From Chiloscyllium plagiosum (taxonomy: Eukaryota), in assembly GCF_004010195.1 (NCBI RefSeq), contig NC_057724.1:43822641-43867616 (forward strand): 44,976 nt of DNA, read 5' to 3'. Below the pieces are notes generated by a model. That model searched no databases, was not told where the DNA came from, and worked only from the letters and a program-made list of their open reading frames with translations. This document shows positions 34,004 to 44,976 of the stretch, piece after piece. Each line of letters opens with the position of its first letter. Position 1 is the first letter of the stretch. Made by a program: the position numbers and the translations under genes.

Positions 34004-34682
34004 CTCTTCAGTTATTCCTCTTCAGAAATGCTCAAAGTTACAGTTCAGTAAATATGCCTATTTTGTTGGGGATCTGCTTTTAATTTAAAAAGTGATATGT
34101 GCATTCTGGTTTATTTCATCAATATACAGTGTGTGGCCTCAGATTACTATTGCTGGTACACAGAGGAATCCAACCGCCTCGTAATATTGTTGGCTCACAC
34201 ATTTTTAGTCAGATTAAGTTAAAAATCACTTGTAAGAAAAGCAATGTCCCTGTGATCTGCTGCCAGCAGTCTATTTAAAGGTCAGAGCCAGTCCAGTTCA
34301 GAATGGGTGTTGCTGCATTGGAATTTGTGTCCATGGATTAAGCGTATTTTTGGCATTAGAATGATATGTTTGTATTTAACCACTCCCTTCCCATTCCCCC
34401 TCTCACTCTGAAGTTTACTTGGAATTCTGAAATAACATTGGAGGTTTGCCCATTAACTCAGCTAGGTTAGATTTTGTCAAAAAAAAAATAGTTCTCCTTT
34501 TCCCCCCCAAGTTTAATTCCACCCGGTATTGCATATGGCACAGGGTTCCCAGAAACATTTTCCATCACTTTAACCAAGGTCTTTCAAGGATGGGTACTGA
34601 GGAAGAGATAGTTGCAGGGATGGATGCATTATAAACCATTTTTAAATCTTATTTAGTCTCTAATAGAGTGAACTGAGAAGAC

Positions 34683-34742
34683 TGTGTGTGTATGTGTGTA
34701 AATGTGTGCATGAAAGAGAGCGCAAGAGAGAAAGTGCGCGCG
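34683..34742. repeat. TG/GA low-complexity tract
   Basis: TGTGTGTGTATGTGTGTAAATGTGTGC...GAGAGCGCAAGAGAG...GCGCGCG. Confidence 0.6.
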
Positions 34743-35078
34743 AGGTGGAACAGGCAAAGAACAAGATTCACAGTCTTCCTCACTATTTAATGGCATCTGC
34801 TGTGTGCCCTTTTCCTCCCCATCACCAAATCACCATGATATTTTGCCATCCATTAACCAACGCCATTAAAATAACCCATGTTTTCCAATCAATAGATGTG
34901 CAAAGCCAGTTAAAGTTAATGCAAACCATCCAAGGTGAGAACATGCATACAGTTAAAGACGCGGTAAGAATCAATCTCAGCTGTGATGTCTTCACATCTG
35001 AATATTCTGCTAATTTCACATGTAAAGATTGCCCATTTCAAGTGGTTCTGAGAGTTGGAGTCACAGATATATATATTT

Positions 35079-36410
35079 CCAACTCGTCCATGCCGTGCAG
35101 ATAGCCTAACCTAATCTAGTTCCATTTGCCAGCACTTGGCCCATATCCCTCTAAACACTTCCTGTTCATATACCCATCCAGATGCCTTTTAAATGTTGCA
35201 ATTGTACCAGCCTTCACCACTTCCTCTGGCAGCTAATTCCATACGTGTACCACCCTCTGCATGAAAAAGTTTCCCCTGAAGTCCCTTTTATATCCTTTCC
35301 CTCTCACCCTAAACCTATGCCCTATTGTTCTGGACTCCTGCACCCCAGGGAAAATACTTTGTCTATTTATCCTATTCATGCCCCACATGATTTTATAAAC
35401 TTCTATAAAGGTCACCCTTCAGCCTCAGATGCCCAAGGGAAAAAAGGATCAGCCTATTCAGCCTCTCCCTATGGCTCAAAGCCATGTTGACTATTCCTAA
35501 TCAGTCCTTGCTTTTCCAAACACATGTACAACCTGTCTCTTAGGATTCGCTCCAATAACTTGCCCACCACCGATGTCAGGCTCACCGGTCTATAGTTCCC
35601 TGGCTTGTCCTTACCACCTTTCTTAAACAGTGGCACCATGTTAGCCAACCTCCAGTCTTCCAGCACCTCACCTCATCAGTGATTACTGATGATATAAATA
35701 TCTCAGCAAGGGGCCCAGCAATCACTTCCCTCGCTTCCTACAGAGATCTATGGTACATCTGATCAGACTCTGGGGATTTATCCACCTTTGTGTGTTTCAA
35801 GACATCCAGCACCTCCTCATCTGTAATATGGAGATTTTTCTAGATGTCACCATCTATTTCCCCCCATTCTATATCTTCCATATCCTTTTCCACAGTAAAC
35901 ACTGATGCAAAATACTCGTTTAGTATCTCACCCATCTCTGGAGCTCCATACACAGGCCGCCTTGCTGATCTTTGAGGGACTCTATTCTCTCCCTAGTTAC
36001 CCTTTTGTCCTTAATGTATTTATGAAAATCCCTTTGGATTCTCCTTAACTCTATTTGCCAAAGCTATCTCATGTCCCCTTTTTCGCCCTCCTGATTTCCC
36101 TCAAGTATACTCCTATTGCCTTTTTACTGTAAGAATTCGCTCGATCTCTCTTGTCTATACCTGACATATGCTTCCTTCTTTTTCTTAACCAAACCCTCAA
36201 TTTCTCTAGTTTTCCAGCATTCCCTATACCTACCAGCCTTTCCTTTCACCCTAACAGGAATATACTGTCTCTGGACTTCGTTATCTCATTTCTTAAGGCT
36301 TCCCATTTTCCACCTGCCCCCAATCAGCTTTTGAAACTTCTTGCCTGAAACCGTCAAAGTTCCTCCAATTTTGAGCTTCAACTTTTAGATTTGGTCTGTC
36401 CTTTTCCATC
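35079..36410 (-). mobile_element. CR1/HER1 LINE with internal deletion of the RT core
   Basis: ORF 35469-35666 (DWRLANMVPLFKKGGKDKPGNYRPVSLTSVVGKLLE...QHGF) joins directly to the ORF2 C-terminus (ORF 35233-35415) at about 35480. Confidence 0.93.
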
Positions 36411-37451
36411 GAATTGCCACACTGTAAAAGTCAGCACATCCTCATTTGGTTTAACCATGTAATTCTAACCACACTGTATTCAGATGGGCCAGCAAGAGTA
36501 ACTGTTGGCATTGTTCAAAGAAATTAATGGGTACATTGCAACATACAGAGTTCGGCCAAGGAAGGGTTAACAGATGAGGCTTCAGGCACAAAAAAAAATC
36601 ACAGATAATTAGCAGATGCACTGAGCAACTGCTGCTAGACCCAAAGAACAAGTTTCTCAAAACAAGATATCAAATTTTAATTCCCTGCTACACTGCTAAG
36701 AACATTGACAGGACAGGAGTTTGAAAGATCCAGCCAGACATGGAGAAGTCTTTGCTGAGTCCTGGAATGCAGCAATTCATTTTCCTGGAATTAAAACCTG
36801 TAATTTATTCTGAGGTGGGCTCCCCATTAGGAGAAATACACCATTGTAGTCGAACCTGCTTTCAAAGCATGTTGAAGTCAAGTTTCTGAAATAATTCAAA
36901 ACAGAAATTAAACTTCAGTTTAGAGTTGAAGAGAAAAAGACTCAGGGTTGAAAGCTCTCAAATCACTCCAGGAATTGAGTTTGAGTTTATTGACTGAGTT
37001 AAAGATCGATTCCTTTACTGCCAAAACATTTTTTGCATTAGGCAGTGACTCAATGTGCAACTAATCTAAGAGTCTCCATTCAAAAAGGAACCTTATGCTG
37101 GTCTGAGTATTTGGCAAGACTGGGCATTTGAAGTAATAGGAACATAACTTCAATAAATACAGCTCTAAAGTGACAAGAAAGGGATGCAAAGGGGGACAGC
37201 TTGCACAAAGGCTGAACAAACAGGGTAAGAAATGGCAAAGGGAAGGTGAGGCCACTGATAAACTAAGGTTGGGAGAGAGTGAGAAGCAGAAATGTGGAAA
37301 CAAGCGAAAACCACAGTTGAGTGCTGGAACAGAGATAAAGAGAAATAAAGGCAGAGTCACACAAAAAGATAGATAACTAAAGATGAGTGGACAGTGAGAG
37401 GACAGGACAAAAGGGGGAATTCCTAATTCCAATTATGAAGAAAGCCTGAGC

Positions 37452-37656
37452 TACAAAGTTAAAAATCACACAACACCAGGTTATAGTCCAACAGGTTTAT
37501 TTCGAAGCACTAGCTTTCAGAGCACTGCTCTTTCATGTCGCAACCACCTGATGAAGGAGCAGAGCTCTCAAAGCTCGTGCTTCCAAATAAACCTGTTGGA
37601 ACTATAACCTGGTGTTGTGTGATTTCTAACTTTGTACACCACAGTCCTCCAAATCT
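37452..37656. mobile_element. Family B fold-back element with two head-to-head hammerhead remnants
   Basis: Inverted repeat 37452-37536 vs about 37550-37636. The plus-strand core has CAAA instead of GAAA, and the minus-strand core is 5'-truncated. Confidence 0.85.
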
Positions 37657-38349
37657 TATCTAAAAGATTAGCCAATCACTAAATTTCATTTGGATCACGT
37701 GATGCAACATGCTGTACAATACGCATGCATGTGCACAATTTAAAACTCAAAAGTATTTGGACAGGTTAGAGCACAGAATTTAAACACTACTTCAAATTAA
37801 TAAAACCTTTAATGAAAATGGCTAATTAAAAATTTACACTTTGTTCCTGTCCATTAAGTTCACTTGAGAAATACATACTGGTCCTTTTTCCACTTCCCCA
37901 TTGGTGGTACAGTGATTAAATGTACACGGTGTGGACTCAGCAATATAAACCAGAATGCCCTGATTTAGTTTTTGGAAGCTGCTGAGTTAGCAAAGTCTAG
38001 GTCATAATCTGACAACCATGACAAACAGCTCCATAGCAGCTGAGACAATGGATGACATTCTAAAACAATCAACATTTTTTAAAAGGTTAATAGATCCTAT
38101 CTTCCAATGCTAAGTGATCCTTTGCAAAAAAATTCAAAAGTCTGTTCCACATCTTCACCAAAAGTTTATCAGTTCTTCCCTGCTTCATACGCTGTGTGCC
38201 AAGTTTCATTGAAACCCATCAATTAGTTTGAGACATGTTGTCTACAAGCAATGGATAAACAGAGCTGAAAACATTACCTGCATTCATCCTCAGGAGCAAG
38301 ATTAATAAAGACGTTCACAGTGAGAACGTGAGCCAGGCAGTAGGTTTTT

Positions 38350-38465
38350 ATGCAAGTCAAGAGTAGCTTTGTCATTTCTACCATATACAAAAACAGTTAA
38401 AAAAAAAAGAGACAGTGTTCCTCTAGGACCAAGGTGCTACATGGACAGCACAAACTACACAATCA
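38350..38465 (-). mobile_element. Possible Rex/Babar-type LINE 3' tail
   Basis: CAAGTCAAGAGTAGCTTTGTCATTTCTACCATA...GTTCCTCTAGGACCAAGGTGCTAC. Recalled similarity only. Confidence 0.3.
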
Positions 38466-38852
38466 TACGCAGGGCAGCATAAGGTGGTTTCATCTAGCAG
38501 AAATGTTACGTCAAAACGACTGATAGATAGTTGAACAACTACCTACACCTCTATATTTTGTGGTAGTGACACATTTACAAATCACTCGGAGTCTGAGTTA
38601 CTGTGGCAACATACAGTTTTACATTGCAGGTTGCAGCTACGGATAGTGATGGCAGAGGCTTGAACTTTTCTTTCAGTTGCGTGGCTGAGCAGGAATCTCT
38701 TTCACTCTTACTACCTGCCAATGACATGAGCTGGAAAGATTTACAAGTTGATGATTGACCTGTTTGACCACATGATGGAAGCACCTTCCTTGACCATCCA
38801 GGCCAGGAGTAGCAATAAAACCCTGAGCCTCTGACTCAGAGGCAGGATTGTC

Positions 38853-39465
38853 GAATCACACAGGACAGTGGAGGCTGTTTGGCCCATCTAGTCTGTACTG
38901 CCAAAAACATACTAACTGTGCTAATCCCCCTTTCCCACATTAGCCCACAGCCTTAAATGTCGGGACACTTCCCATGCTCATCGAAATTCTTTTTAAAGGT
39001 TATGAGGTTCCTCGCCTTAACTGGGCAGTGCATTCCAGATCCCCACCACACTCTGGGTGAAAAGGTTTTCCTCAAATCCCCTCAACTTCCTGCCCTTCAC
39101 TTTAAAACTACACCACCTTGTTAGTGACCTTTTGATTAAGGGGAACAACTCCTTTCCATTCATCCAATCTTGTATATCAGGTCACTGCTCAACCTTTCCT
39201 GCTCCAGAGAAAACAACCTGAGTTTATCCAGCCATAGTTGAAATGTTCCATGCTCGGCAAAATCCTGGTGAATCTCCTCTGTACTCTCTCCAACACAATC
39301 ATGTCCTTCCAACAGTATTGTGACCACAACTGCACACAGTACTCCACCTGAGGCCTAACCAAACGGTTTTGTACAGCTCCAATGTGACCTCTCTGCTCTG
39401 ATAATTTATGCTATAACTGATAAAGGCAAGCATCCTTTCTGCCTTCTTAACTACCCCATTAACCG
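38853..39465 (-). mobile_element. CR1 LINE 3' part
   Basis: Tail GGAGGCTGTTTGGCCCATC; GCATTCCAGATCCCCACCACACTCTGGGTGAAAA; CACAACTGCACACAGTACTCCACCTGAGGCCTAACC (VRPQVEYCVQLW on minus). Confidence 0.85.
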
Positions 39466-39519
39466 GTCTTCTCTGTTCAAATCCATATAAACTCCATCAT
39501 GCACTTTGGTACAAAGAAG

Positions 39520-40233
39520 AGAGGCTGGACTATTTTGTAAATGGGGCGAAAATTCAGAAGTCTGAACTGCAAAGAGACCAGAGAGTTCGAGTCAAGAATT
39601 CCCTCAAGGTAAATCCTGAGAGAAGGCAAATGTTAGGAAGGCAAATACAATGATGGCATTTGAGAGGACATGAATATAAAAGCAGGGGTATACTTCTAAG
39701 GCTCTAAGGCTCTGGTCTGACCACATTTGGAATATGGAGTAGTTTTGGGTCCCATGTCTCAGGAAGGATGTACTTACCCTGGACTATGTTCAGAGGGGGC
39801 TCACAGGAATGGTCCCAGGAATGAGAAGCTTAACATATGAGGAACGTCTGAGGACCCATGGATCTATACACGATGGAGTTTGGAAGGATGAGGGGGGGAT
39901 CTAATTGAAACTTACAGAGCACAGAATCTCATGGACAGAGTTGATGTTGGGAAGATGTTTCCATTAGAAGAGACCAGGACCCGAGGACACAGCCTAAGAG
40001 TAAAGGAAAGACCTTTCAGAATGGAGATAAAGAGAAACTTCTTCATGCAGAGAGTGGTGAATCTATGGAATTTATTGCCACAGAAGGATGTAGAGGCAGA
40101 GATAGATAGGATCAAGGGTTACAGGAAGAAAGCGGGAGATTGGGGATGAGAAACATATCAGTCATGATTGAATGGCAGAGCAGACTCAAATGGGCTGAAT
40201 GGCCTAATTTCTCTTCCTATGTTTTATGGTCTT
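39520..40233 (+). mobile_element. CR1 LINE 3' part
   Basis: ORF 39931-40149 MDRVDVGKMFPLEETRTRGHSLRVKERPFRMEIKRNFFMQRVVNLWNLLPQ, and tail GGCTGAATGGCCTAATTTCTCTTCCTATGTTTTATGGTCTTAT. Confidence 0.92.
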
Positions 40234-40239
40234 ATAACT

Positions 40240-41400
40240 GCACTAACCTCATCGACAAACCTGATCACTACCTCAAAAAAATCAATCAAATTTGTTCGAC
40301 AGGCTGGCCCTCTGAAATCCATGCTGACTATCCTGAATCAAAGCTTGCCCCTCCCAACTGGAAATTAAGTCTCTCCTTCAGAACTTTTTGCGATAGCTTC
40401 CCTACCACTATGGGAGACCCACTCATCAATAATCCCTTGATTTATCCCCATCACCCTTGATGAAAAAATTGAGCCATATTATCTATCTTCCAGTCCTCTG
40501 GTATCTTGCCTGTGGACAGAGGGGAATTAAAAATTTAGGTCAGAGCCCCTGTAATGTCCTCCTTCATCTCTCAACAGTCTAGAATACAATTCTTCTGGTT
40601 CGGAGAATTTGTCCACTTTCAAACCTGCTAAAACCAGCAATACCTCTTCACTCGCTGTCAAACTACTCAAGAACCTCAGTCCCTCTTCCCGAATTCTGTA
40701 CCTGCACCCTCCATCTTCCAAGTGGAGACAAATGTAAAGTGCTTGTTTAACACTCTACCTCTGACTGCGCGCACAATTGCCCTCTTGGTTCCTAGTGGGC
40801 CCTACTCATTCCCTGGTTACCTTCTTCCAATTAGTTCACTTGGAAAATAGCTTTGGATTTTCCTCAATTTTACCTACTAGTGCTTTTTTCAAATGTACCC
40901 TCTCTAATTGCTTTAAGTCACCACCATCTCCTCCCCGCCATGGGGCCTATTGCAGATGAAGGGCTTTTGCCCGAAACGTTGACCTTCCTGCTCCTCGGAT
41001 GCTGCCTGACCTGCTGTGCTTTCCCAACACCATACTCTCGACAGTTATTCTGATGGCCTCTGTTGATTTGCTCCCTCTGTACCTGCTAAAAACACTTTTC
41101 CTTCTTATCCAGTCATGAGTATTTCCAGACATCCAGAGTTGGCTGGGGTTACTGCACTTACATTTCACCCTACAGGGAACATATTGGGCCTATAGTTTTC
41201 CCATTTCCTTTTTGATCACACCCTCACTGTTTTGCTATAGGTTTCCCACAAATGGCTGTTCCCAGTTTGCTTTGGCCAGATCTTGCCCTATTTTAATAAA
41301 ATCTGCCTCCCTCCAATCCAGAACCATATTTGCAGACCCGCTTTTTCCCCTTTTCATAACAAATTTAAACCATATGGTGCTCGAGACGCCACAACCACCC
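40240..41400 (-). mobile_element. Decayed CR1 LINE ORF2 5'/middle part
   Basis: ORF 40527-40721 EEVLLVLAGLKVDKFSEPEELYSRLLR. CCATGCTGACTATCCTG reads QDSQHG on minus. Likely the continuation of 38853-39465, split by the plus-strand CR1. Confidence 0.8.
40949..41043 (+). mobile_element. Penelope-like family A fragment; hammerhead core mutated (CAGATGA)
   Basis: CAGATGAAGGGCTTTTGCCCGAAACGTTGA...GCTCCTCGGATGCTGCCTGACCTGCTGTGC matches 155-235. Confidence 0.8.
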
Positions 41401-41512
41401 ATCCAACTTTGGTCCCCAGGTTTAGGTCCAGTGTTGTCCTTTGTTGGATGATCTATGGGTTGACAGAGAGTCAGTCGATCAATGCTCCTTCTTACAAATT
41501 TCTCACAGAAGT

Positions 41513-41745
41513 ACCATAAAGACTTTGCAGAGCAAATGCAGATTATTCAACCCAACAGGCATATGCCAATGTTTATGATCTACATTTTTCAAAGAATCAC
41601 ATGAACATATCCTATTCCTTTCTCCTCATCTACTTACCAAGCTAATCTTTGAATGTATCAATGTCACTCATTCAACCATTGCTTGTGGGTAGCAAGTTCC
41701 ACATTCTAATCACTCTCCTGGTAATGAAGTTGCTGCTCAATTCCT
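41513..41745 (-). mobile_element. Decayed CR1 3' end
   Basis: GTAGCAAGTTCCACATTCTAATCACTCTCCTGGTAATGAAGTT reads approximately F...RVIRMWNLL on minus. Confidence 0.6.
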
Positions 41746-43799
41746 TAAAATGGGAACTTTACATATCGAAAACATTGCTGACTATTTTATTTCCTCAAGT
41801 TACCTCCCAATAGTAATCATGCCACTCTGATATCAGTTTCTAAGTGGTAAACTCAGGGGTGGCCCGATTATTCAGAGATTAGTTGAGCTCTGTACAAATA
41901 CCTGTAAAGGTAAAACAGTTGGAGGTGATGATCCAATTTATACAGTAGAAGTAACTAGCTCCAGAGTCCCAGCAGACAGCCTTGCTTTAACAACTTCAGG
42001 AGTTAGTCCAATTTGCTCTAATCATACATTATCATATGACCAAGTTGCCAGCACCAATAATAAGGTTCTGCTGATTCCAGCTCCACTAAAACCCTTTGCT
42101 AATTACACTCCTCAGTCCTAACTGTTCACCATGCTCAACCCCTTCATGAAGAGCTCTGATCACAATCACTCAGTCAGGAAAATAGATATGAAGGCAGAAG
42201 GAAAAAACATCAAAAAGGTAAGACAAAGCAATAAGGTGACTTTTAGTTGAAAGAACAGTCATAGACATCAGGCTTGCACGTAAAAAAAACATTAGTGATT
42301 ATGCCAGAATCCACACAGCCTGGCTGGTATGATACAGTATGTGAAATGTGAAACCAAACAACCTGGAGCCAGAACTTAGGCTCTAACAAACTCCTTTCAT
42401 ATCAGATCTCATTACACCCCAAGGTCTAAAACTGGATTTGGATAAGGTCAGAGCTATTTTGTAAATTCCCAAGCTATGAACATCACAAGAATCCAGACTG
42501 AGGTCCACTGAGCTCATCACTTATCTCATTAAAATATTGCTGAAGCTCAGCAATATGTGGGAGAGACTGAGGAAACTGTACTTCAAAACACAGAATGGTT
42601 TCTGTTACTTATTCACAGTCAGCAGGAAGAACTCGGCCTAAACACACTTCTCATAAACAAGTCTTGGAGCAGCACTTGAGTAGACAGGACTGCTAGCTGC
42701 ATATGGAAATCCCAAACATACTGATACTAAAAGTTTGCACGATCAGATTGAAAGTGAGCCCACAGTTATACTTGGACTTGACAGCATTCACCAAAACACT
42801 TACTGCAGATCAACAACATTACACACAAAAACAAACTCTTACAAGTTAATAAAAAAACACTTCATAACACTCAGAAAAAGGTTAGAGGCAAAGAAAATGA
42901 ATCTGTATGCAATTTTTTTTAATGTGTTCTTTCAAAGTCCAATTTCTCCTTAAATGGTGTTGAATTAGAGGGATGAAATGAAGAAGAAGTGTATCAATGG
43001 TTTGAAGAGGCAATTAATGTTTTACTGTAAAGAAGAGGGAGTTTAGAACAGGATTGTATTATGTAATTGTAGTATACTTTGTGAATTAGGCAAGTGGCGG
43101 ATTTGTTGTATAAAACCATCTTTTTGCAGTTCCTAAACATTCTTCTGGCTCAAGTAAAATGCCAAGTCTAGATATCTGGTTGAGATACACAGGCTGAATA
43201 TACTCACACAAGCTGAAATTCCTCCTTCATGAACTTGTGACTAATAGAATCCCACACATCTCACAATCTTTAAAAGTGGTCAAATATTGTCTGATTTATG
43301 TTGCAGTCAACCTATGCCTTAAAGTTGCAGTCTATTTCCTTCACATGCCGACATCATAACTATTTAACTGCATCTACACAAGGGGAGCACGATGACACCA
43401 AATGTGCCTCCTGATCAGCTTGATTAACATTTCTTTCTCGATTCTCAATTAGAAGTTTGAAGTTTCAGAAGCTGCGCTGCAGAGTGAACGGTTGTTCATG
43501 ATCACACTCATGGATTGGAAATCGGCACTGAGCGGAGGTTGTTCAACATGGGAGGCAAGTACAGTCTCAGATAATATTTTCAACAGTTGAATTGCAATCC
43601 AGAGAAGCTGCTGCAGTGAGGATCTTCAGTTGTACTCTGAAAATACTCAAATTAGCAATTTACTACAAAGCTAAAACTAACTGTTGATTGATGGAGGAGG
43701 ATGAGCCATTCTTCAATGTCTCAGAATTCATCCGTAGTGGTGGTTATACATGAAGTCTAAAAGTAAGCAACAGTCAGGTCAAAGTTGGGGTCACTAGCT

Positions 43800-44045
43800 C
43801 TGCTTTCATTAGTAACAACTTCATCTCTTTCAGTTAGGCAGTTCTGAGCCCCTGGTCCCATAGACTTGAGTACAAAAACATAGAGCAATGCTTCCGTATA
43901 ATTCTGAAGGAGTGCTATTTTTGAGAGCTTGCTTTGTGTAAGTTGATTGCTGATATTCCTACATTACAACAGCACCTATTCTTCAAAATACTTTACACTT
44001 GGGAACATCCCGTGATTGCGAAAGATGCTACTAAAATGCAGTCTC
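43800..44045 (+). mobile_element. Deu-domain SINE, decayed
   Basis: GACTTGAGTACAAAAACATAG...CTGAAGGAGTGCT...TTCCTACATTACAACAGC...GAAAGATGCTACTAAAATGCAGTCT. Confidence 0.55.
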
Positions 44046-44851
44046 TCGTACTCGCTTTTTCTAACAAAAAAGTTTCCAGCAAAATTAAAAAGGCAAAGAC
44101 ATAACACATCAAAATGAGAAATGTTTTTTAAATACATGCAGAATGAGCGAGCGCTTTATCATTGAGTAATATTCATATATCCTCCATAAAACCAAAGTTA
44201 GCAGCCTCAAAAGTAGACAGGCAACAACCAATCTACCACAATCCAAGGACACTTGCCCCTATGTCTCACTTCACTTCAAAGACCAAGGAATTCTATGGAC
44301 GACAGAGATAGCTGTTCATCCAGGAAGTACGTTGGTAACAGTGCCAAGGTGTCAGTTGGTCAATGTCATTGCTGCTCCCAGTCAACTTGCCCAGCCATGC
44401 AATGATGTCACCACCATGAACACACCAGATGTCAATGCAGCAGTGATTGATGGGCCACCCACTGTTTACAAACATTTTGCAGGAGCAAATCATTATAAAG
44501 GTATTACTTTTGTTTCAAATATGTAAACACAGAGGGAGTTAAACATGTGATTTGTATTGTTTATTTTTACAAGAGGGCAATGCATAAGACATGCAGTGCA
44601 AAGAGTGGACTGGTAAAAACCCGAGGTCTGCATGACGAGAGCACACTGACTCTTTTGTCTGCTGCACTCCAGATGTGTTCCTTCCTTATTTCTCCCATTT
44701 TGGGAATGGTCCAGCACAAATAATGAGTCAAAAAGAGGCGAGAGGTTGAAAACATGGATTTCTTAAAAAAATAACAAGAGACAGATATGGAAAAAGTCAG
44801 AGAGATCATTTCAGAGTGAGAGCAGACACAGGAGAATGGGGGCAAAAGAAA

Positions 44852-44870
44852 GGGGGGGGGGGGGGGGGGG
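44852..44870. repeat. Poly-G tract (19 G) within a purine-rich region
   Basis: Direct reading. Confidence 0.9.
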
Positions 44871-44976
44871 AGAGAGAAAACAAGTGGGAGAACCCAGGAA
44901 TGGGCAAGTGAAGGATGTGATATGGAAGCAGCAAGACAGGACTGAAAAAACTAATAGGAAGGGGAGGGGTGCCGAG

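Noticed and set aside
34688-35104. 138-aa ORF, the longest in the track
   Set aside because: Starts in a microsatellite, ends in a LINE tail and has no domain signature.
43300-43770. Possible very old CR1 remnant
   Set aside because: Only scattered weak motif resemblance.

Overview
Vertebrate nuclear DNA, very probably from a cartilaginous fish (shark). This is inferred from the repeat families: HER1/CR1-type LINEs, HE1/V-SINE-like SINEs and Deu-domain SINEs. No complete protein-coding gene is present, and most ORFs in the track are retroelement fragments, their antisense frames, or chance. The window reads as intronic or intergenic DNA filled with nested mobile elements. These include many CR1 LINE fragments, tRNA-derived SINEs, a fossil Gypsy gag-pol (minus strand, about 20.3-23.4 kb), a solo LTR with a perfect 5-bp TSD, a Harbinger-like DNA transposon remnant and a tRNA-Gly pseudogene. 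The most distinctive signal is about 14 insertions of short Penelope-like terminal-repeat derivatives from three sequence families whose fuller copies carry a minimal hammerhead ribozyme motif (CTGANGA-A-stem II-GAAA-palindromic stem III). Several are fold-back structures with 7-15 bp TSDs, and two cores are fully intact (23626-23660 +, 24970-25004 -). Near the left end, three minus-strand exon candidates could be alternative 5' exons of an unidentified host gene continuing left of the window: a 15-nt microexon at 2921-2935, a 70-nt exon at 5251-5320 and an ATG-bearing exon ending at 1104. They can share splice phase 1. Family names come from recalled consensus similarity, not from database searches.
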